Shown: piece by piece, positions 28,783-34,098 of the stretch | Layout: each line of letters opens with the position of its first letter | How positions within the stretch are numbered: the stretch's first letter is position 1 | Assembly (NCBI GenBank): GCA_001275005.1 | Contig: JWZX01003185.1 | Location: 1-34,098 of the forward strand | DNA from: Chrysochromulina tobinii | Taxonomy: Eukaryota | DNA length: 34,098 bases | Direction of reading: 5' to 3' | Translations under genes and position numbers: made by a program | Notes under the pieces: model-generated | Database searches by the model: none | Told to the model about the DNA's origin: nothing | The model's input: the letters and a program-made list of their open reading frames with translations, nothing else

Positions 28783-29575
28783 GAAGGGGGTGGGGCTGAG
28801 GTGCACGCCGAGGCCCCTCGCCCGTCGGCTCAAGGGCACAGCCAGGACGCAGCAGACGCATACAGGGGCGGCGCATGCGCAGCATGTGAGACCTTCATGG
28901 AGATCATGGTACGGCAGGAGATCTGTCATGCCGTCCTCATGGGATCAGTTACGTGGGATCTGTTATGTATTTCGATCGGACGCGGTCCGAAGCGTGAAGG
29001 ACCGGCGACGAACTCGTACGACTTACGTCCTAACTTACGTCGTAACTGTGTAGACACGACAGTTGACAGGGAACGATCACCAATTGACGATCTCACACAT
29101 GTAAACAACAATGGTAACGCAATGCATGTATTAAACTTTAAAGCATGAATGACACTGATTGATGATTTTATGGACCGGCTGTAATGCCCGTGTGCCGTGA
29201 CTTGAGAGAGGCGCGCGCCAATCTGCCGGAGCGAGATGTCTCTGATATCGCCTCTGATATTCTGAAACCGGTCCGGGAACTGGATTACGTTTCTCGTTTT
29301 GTGGGGAGCAGGCGAGGCCGACGGCCGACGGAGGGCCAGAGGGACCCAGGGTGAACTTATCAGTAGGGTGGACATTTTGTAGGCGAAAAGAATGAACTGA
29401 CACTCCTCGAACTGTTCCAGTATTAATAACCACCTTCGGTGCTCACACGGGTATCGTCCTTTCTTGGGTCTTCGTAGTATCTATTTTTAGACGGAAATCT
29501 AAGTTCGTTTGCGTACCGACGGAAGTTCATCCGCGCCTTTGCTTCATCATGGAGGAACCGTAGTGCGCGTTCGCT

Positions 29576-30253
29576 ATGGATGATGCGGGCTTTCCCGCTG
29601 ATGCGGCTGCTGCATGTATCACCGTTGGGAAGACCTCGATCCTAGCATCGAATGAAAGCTTGTACAACAACTCTGGGGACTTTGTTGAAGTCCGTTGCCT
29701 CACGCAACTCATTTTTCTCAGAGGCCGTTGCTACTGCCAATTACCTGAGTCACAGTTTTATCAGTGGTATCCGCTCCTCGTTTGGCTTCTGGCCGTGGTC
29801 TGTTTATCCAGTGTAGGGGGCTATATCCTACATATCCGTCGCGATCAGTGGAGACGTGATGCGAGGCAGCAGCAACAGACTTTGGATAAAGTCACGGAGC
29901 GTGACCGTTCTATTCAGCTTGCAGTCTCCCGGATTCCAACATGCGCGTACGCTCCTACCACTCATATGCCAGTGCTGCCTGGTGACAGCAGTCAGACCGG
30001 AACGCCCGACGATGGCGAATATGGCAACGACGAGTGTCCGGTGTGCCTCTGCTCCCTTGCAGCTGGCGACCAGTTGCGCGAGATCCCGTGCGGCCATAAG
30101 TATCATGCTGCGTGCATCGACCGGTGGCTGATTCGTCGAGAGTACACAAATGGCATTCCAAGCTGCCCGTTGTGTAAGAAAGAAGTCCTCACCGAGGAGG
30201 ACCTGCAGGCAAGCGATGTGAGCCAGGCACCCGTGATGTCTATGCACGTGTAG
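29576..30253 (+). CDS. Transmembrane RING-H2 E3 ubiquitin ligase (ATL/RNF13-like layout)
   Basis: TM segment WYPLLVWLLAVVCLSSVGGYIL, then C-x2-C-x14-C-x-H-x2-H-x2-C..W..CPLC (CPVC..PCGHKYHAACIDRWL..SCPLCK). Confidence 0.88.
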   Translation: MDDAGFPADAAAACITVGKTSILASNESLYNNSGDFVEVRCLTQLIFLRGRCYCQLPESQFYQWYPLLVWLLAVVCLSSVGGYILHIRRDQWRRDARQQQQTLDKVTERDRSIQLAVSRIPTCAYAPTTHMPVLPGDSSQTGTPDDGEYGNDECPVCLCSLAAGDQLREIPCGHKYHAACIDRWLIRREYTNGIPSCPLCKKEVLTEEDLQASDVSQAPVMSMHV

Positions 30254-30331
30254 CTTGCTTGGCGCTCGGCGCAACTGGCTCCGAGTCGCCCCACGGCGTT
30301 CGTGACGGCGGTGTGAGGCTGCAGGTGGCTC

Positions 30332-30411
30332 GATGACGCATACATGGCCCCTTCATGATTCGTGCCGAGGACACCCTTGCATGCCGCAGTCCTCCAGGAA
30401 TACACTGCACC
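30332..30411 (+). repeat. Left arm of an ~80-bp inverted duplication (partner 33462-33538)
   Basis: GATGACGCATACATGGCCCCTTCATGATTCGTGCCGAGGACACCCTTGCATGCCGCAGTCCTCCAGGAATACACTGCACC matches the reverse complement of 33462-33538 with a few substitutions and a 3-nt indel. Confidence 0.93.
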
Positions 30412-30802
30412 GTACTACATTAATGCCGGTCGGTGCGGGTGGGGGGCGGCCTGGAGGGGTGATGTGCGTCTGCGTGGTGCGTGCCGCTGACCCGCTGCGT
30501 CGTCGAGCCTGTGAGTCCGACCGTGGGCGTATTTACTACGGTCTACGCGTAGTTCGGTTCTATGTTTACGTCTCCAGGGCACGATCTTTTGCCAAGTGAA
30601 GTAGGCGGAAGGCGACGCAGGGCGTTGCGCGTTCAGGCTTGACAACCCTCGTCGCGGTCGGGGAGCGGGTCGGCGTGTACGCTAGCCCAAGCGCGCCGCA
30701 CGAATACTTGACACGTTGACACTGTGGTAAGATCTCCCTAAGACGAGCATGAATGGCTGCGCGGCGCTACCGAGCGCGATGACCACCTCGTTCCTACCGT
30801 AC

Positions 30803-30837
30803 TGGTTCCGCCGATGGTTCCGCCGATGGTTCCGCCG
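30803..30837. repeat. 12-nt tandem repeat x3 (TGGTTCCGCCGA)
   Basis: Units at 30803, 30815 and 30827. Confidence 0.9.
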
Positions 30838-30857
30838 GGCATGGCCGTTTGACATGG

Positions 30858-31433
30858 TCAAATCATTGGGGACCGGGGATCATGGTAGCGGATGATCGGC
30901 CCATCGCCATGCCCACCGAGCTCCAGCACTACGTGCCGAATGGCGACCTCGGCCAACAGGATCCCATCGATGGCCTCATTGAGCTCCCTGAGGCCAGCGA
31001 CCATGTGCATCGCCTCATCAGCCTCACGCTTCGGGCGCACTTGCTCGACAACATTGCGGCTGGCCATCTGCTCTTTCTCATGCTGAGTGAGCTGCCGGTC
31101 ATGCTCTTCGTAACGCTTCTGTAATGCGGCTCGAACGCTTTTCTCTTTTTCCAGGTGATGCATGCACGTATCCACCTCCCGACGGTGCTCGCGCTGCATT
31201 CGCGCTCGTGCAACGTTGGTACGTTGCTCGCAACCACCACGCAAGCGGTTCTTCTCTTTCAGCTCCTCCCGGAGCCTCCGGAGCTCGTCCCGCTCGGATC
31301 GCTGAGCCGATGCCTGCCTCTGCATCAGCGTTGCGAAGGAAGCCATCGGCGCCTCGAATGTTGACTTCTGGACGGGTCCGCCAAGGACGGGCAGCATGTC
31401 CATTCTGGTCTGGTCGGCCATGATCTGTTCCAT
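30858..31433 (-). CDS. Hypothetical coiled-coil protein
   Basis: Open frame rich in E/R/K/Q with heptad-like character (ELRRLREELKEKN, LQKRYEEHDRQL). Start and exon structure are uncertain. Confidence 0.5.
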   Translation of the reverse strand: MEQIMADQTRMDMLPVLGGPVQKSTFEAPMASFATLMQRQASAQRSERDELRRLREELKEKNRLRGGCEQRTNVARARMQREHRREVDTCMHHLEKEKSVRAALQKRYEEHDRQLTQHEKEQMASRNVVEQVRPKREADEAMHMVAGLRELNEAIDGILLAEVAIRHVVLELGGHGDGPIIRYHDPRSPMI

Positions 31434-31542
31434 TCGGACGGTTTTATGTGCATGCAATCGAATGTATTACGTCACTTTTCCATAAAGCGGCGAGCCCATT
31501 TTCTACTCACATGTGCAACCATTTGCGCGCTCCGCTGTCGGA

Positions 31543-33027
31543 TTACGGACTATGGGCCGCAGCACTCGAGCGCGCGCGCCATCCCTGCGTGCCGACGGTG
31601 AGCGTGGTGGTGAGAGAGGCCGCCGAGAGGACTGATCGCATGCTGGGCGAGGAGAGGAACTTGCCCGCAGTCTCCTCATACTGGCGCACGGCGCGCAACA
31701 GCGACTCGACCTCTGACCGCTCCGACTCTAGCTTAAGCTTGAGTGCCGCGTGATCGTCCTTGAGCCGGATGATGTCTTCGATCGTCATCCCATCGAGCGT
31801 CGGCACGGGCTCGAAGCGCAGCTTCATGACCATCTCGACGGGATTGCGGCCCGCCTTGGCCCCAGGCAGCAGCGCCCATCCGCCCGACGTGAGCCCGACC
31901 CCGCGGGCCGGTGGGATCGGGCTGCTCTTGCTCGCTGAGTGGCTCGCTGGGCTCATGCAACTGTCCGCGCTCTTTGGAACGCCATGTGAAAAGCCATGTG
32001 AAAAGCCCGGGCTCCCAGATGGCATGGATTCGGACGCGCTGGCAGGCGACAGCGCCGCGATCGGTGCCGCGGCCTCGTTTGGCACCTTGCGTCGCTTGAA
32101 CTTGGCCCCAAACTTGGCCCCAAACTTGGAGGCCAACGCTGCCGTCGAGGGTGAGTCTCCTGAGGGCGCGCATGCAAGCCCATCGGCCTGGCCCTTGAGC
32201 TTACCCTTGCCCGTCACCGCCGCGACGTCCGCAAAGGACTTGAGCGTGCCCGGGGCGGGTAGTACCTTGGGCGGCTTTGCGGACGGTGACCATTTTCCGT
32301 TGCGGTACAGCGTCCTAAAGAGCATGCAGTGCGCGGCGGCTGAGACGCAACAAAGGATCGTGATCGCGAGGCCGCCCACCACCCAGCCTCCGAGGGCCAC
32401 CTCGTTGATGGTGGGTGAACACGGTGGGGGCGGTAGAGGAGGAGGCGGGGGCGCCGCTGGCGAGGGCGCCCTCCCCGGAAATCGTGGCGGCCACAAGGGC
32501 GGTGATGGCGGGGACGGTAACGGAGGCGGGGGGGGGAGGAAGCTGGGCGGCGGCGGATAAGGATTCGGCGGCGGGCGCAATGGAAAAGAGCTGATGAACG
32601 ATGGCGGGGGCCTCGACGGTCGTGGCGGTCGAGAGGGCGGAGGAGGAGACGGCGGTGGAGCGGGTGGCTGCGGCGGAGGAACAGGAGGTGGAGAGGGTGG
32701 CGGAGTGGGTGGTGGAGAGGGCGGTGGAGGATAGGGCGGTGGAGAGGGTGGCGGCGACGGTGCTGGCGACAACGGTGATGGCGGCGGCAGAGACGGCGGT
32801 GGCGGTGGACTGGGTGGTGGCGCCGGCGGTGAGGAAGGGGGAGGCAAGTTAAGGCAGCAGCCGTCGCAACCCAAGGTTGGGCTCCCTGGGCAGACGACGG
32901 CCAACGCCCCGCAATGCATCAAGCCATACAGATCATGGCACGAGGAGATGCCACACGTCAAAGCGCAAGTCGGCGAGTTAGGGGCGTGGGCGCCGGCGAC
33001 GAGTGGTGAGGAGAGCGTGAGGAACAT
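31543..33027 (-). CDS. Single-pass membrane protein: Cys-rich head, Pro-rich (SPn) stalk, TM helix, cytoplasmic tail ending in a coiled coil
   Basis: CALTCGISSC..C..C..GCDGCC, then about 140 aa of PPPS/SPPP, TM LGGWVVGGLAITILCCVSAAAHCMLF, and tail LKDDHAALKLKLESERSEVESLL. The start (33027 vs 33183) and last exon are uncertain. Confidence 0.7.
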   Translation of the reverse strand: MFLTLSSPLVAGAHAPNSPTCALTCGISSCHDLYGLMHCGALAVVCPGSPTLGCDGCCLNLPPPSSPPAPPPSPPPPPSLPPPSPLSPAPSPPPSPPPYPPPPSPPPTPPPSPPPVPPPQPPAPPPSPPPPSRPPRPSRPPPSFISSFPLRPPPNPYPPPPSFLPPPPPLPSPPSPPLWPPRFPGRAPSPAAPPPPPLPPPPCSPTINEVALGGWVVGGLAITILCCVSAAAHCMLFRTLYRNGKWSPSAKPPKVLPAPGTLKSFADVAAVTGKGKLKGQADGLACAPSGDSPSTAALASKFGAKFGAKFKRRKVPNEAAAPIAALSPASASESMPSGSPGFSHGFSHGVPKSADSCMSPASHSASKSSPIPPARGVGLTSGGWALLPGAKAGRNPVEMVMKLRFEPVPTLDGMTIEDIIRLKDDHAALKLKLESERSEVESLLRAVRQYEETAGKFLSSPSMRSVLSAASLTTTLTVGTQGWRARSSAAAHSP

Positions 33028-33461
33028 CCACCCCTTGCAGGCCGAGAAACCTGTTCGTTTGTGCGTCTTTTTGATCAAAAGGAAACAGACGCTCCTGCAT
33101 GCAAAACAAGTTATAGGCCCACGTTGCGCCCTCATTCCGCTAGCCGTGGACATGTAATCCCTTCCGGCGTCTGGTCCAGGCATTTAGAATAATCCGGGAG
33201 TTGCAGAGAGCACCGCCGCCGCCCCGTCCTTAGTTTCGCCGCGCGCCGTTTTAAGCGTGAGCGCGAATCCCCCGGGAGCGCGAGCGCGGTTACGTAAAAG
33301 TCATTCAGAACCGGACTGTACCGTACGTGGTGAATTTCAATGGTATCCGGGTTACAACAGAAGACTGCGCGGCTACTACCCTCTTCTCCACAGATCCGTG
33401 GCCGTGCCAGTTGAGCTCTCCATTTACAGTTTCTACGTATACAACGAAATGAGACGGTGCG

Positions 33462-33538
33462 GGTGCAGTGTGTTCCTGGACTGCGGCATGCAGGGGTGTC
33501 CTCGGCACGGATCATGAAGGGGCCATACATGCATCATC
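33462..33538 (-). repeat. Right arm of the inverted duplication (partner 30332-30411)
   Basis: Covers the last 8 codons, the stop and about 50 nt downstream of the 33512-33985 ORF. Confidence 0.93.
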
Positions 33539-33985
33539 CCAGAAGCAGGGATCCATGCTCAATCTCTCGTCATGCACGAAAAGCGGCTCCTGTTCTGGCA
33601 CGATGCCTGCGCGTGCCTCTAGTGTGCAGCCGTCATCAGTGGTGACGCATGGGATGCCCTCGGTGAGGACGTCGTTGACGGTCGTGGCTGAAAGGATGTT
33701 GTCAACGTATGAGATTGGCACGCTGGGTGTCTCGCATTCGTCGGTGTTCCACCAGCATGGGTCGCGGCTCGCCTCCACCTCTGGTGCCATGGCCACCTCT
33801 TCGCTGAGGGTGAGTGCCTCACCCGACCACCACGCCTCGGTCTCATAGGTATGTAGCGGGCCACGCCGTGGCGGTCCGACAACTGGCACCTTCGGGTGCG
33901 CCATTCTTGCGGCCCAATAAGACGCCTCCGCGCCCGAGGTCAGCATGGCCGTCCGGAGCCTTTGATGACGAATGAAAAGGACCAT
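33512..33985 (-). CDS. Small acidic orphan protein with two DPC(W/F)W motifs
   Basis: 157-aa ORF with natural-looking acidic composition, containing DPCWWNTDEC and DPCFWDDAC. No family recognised. Confidence 0.4.
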   Translation of the reverse strand: MVLFIRHQRLRTAMLTSGAEASYWAARMAHPKVPVVGPPRRGPLHTYETEAWWSGEALTLSEEVAMAPEVEASRDPCWWNTDECETPSVPISYVDNILSATTVNDVLTEGIPCVTTDDGCTLEARAGIVPEQEPLFVHDERLSMDPCFWDDACMAPS

Positions 33986-34098
33986 CAAGTGCTCATTCAG
34001 TTTCGTTCACAGTTCAGTTCAGTTCAGTTTCGTCGCGGACCCCCCACGCTCACTCCACCACCGTCTCGACGGACGGCTCCGCTCCCCTCGGTCAACAC

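Noticed and set aside
33996..34032. (AGTTC)n short repeat as a functional element
   Set aside because: A short imperfect microsatellite with nothing further to support a function.

Overview
GC-rich, gene-dense, intron-poor eukaryotic genomic DNA. It has spliceosomal GT-AG introns, RAD51, a PPR protein, a TTLL3-type enzyme and a four-domain voltage-gated channel. The style suggests a flagellated microalga such as a haptophyte, but that is an inference and was not tested. Supported genes in order: cytosolic 5'-nucleotidase III-like HAD hydrolase (-), hypothetical (+), TTLL3-like tubulin glycylase with an N-terminal Rdx/SelH-like domain (-), long ABCC/MRP transporter with one intron and one apparent frameshift (-), PPR protein (+), RAD51 (-), bacterial-like beta-rich hypothetical (-), 4x6TM channel with an E/E/E/E filter and two introns (-), SMYD-like SET protein (+), MOSC protein (-), UMP-CMP kinase (+), TM-RING-H2 E3 (+), a coiled-coil ORF, a Cys/Pro-rich membrane protein and a small orphan ORF (all -). 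The most notable observations are: (1) the UMP-CMP kinase appears to be inserted inside a split DUF4286-like domain; (2) a short dispersed element with an identical 41-bp end sits in two different head-to-head promoter gaps, and one copy carries a 167-bp insert between 11-bp direct repeats that resembles the 3' end of a non-LTR retrotransposon; (3) the Rdx-like/TTLL3 fusion; (4) an ~80-bp inverted duplication bracketing about 3.2 kb; (5) a 15-nt coding tandem repeat in the PPR gene that could be spliced as an intron. Family calls come from motif recognition by eye; no searches were run.
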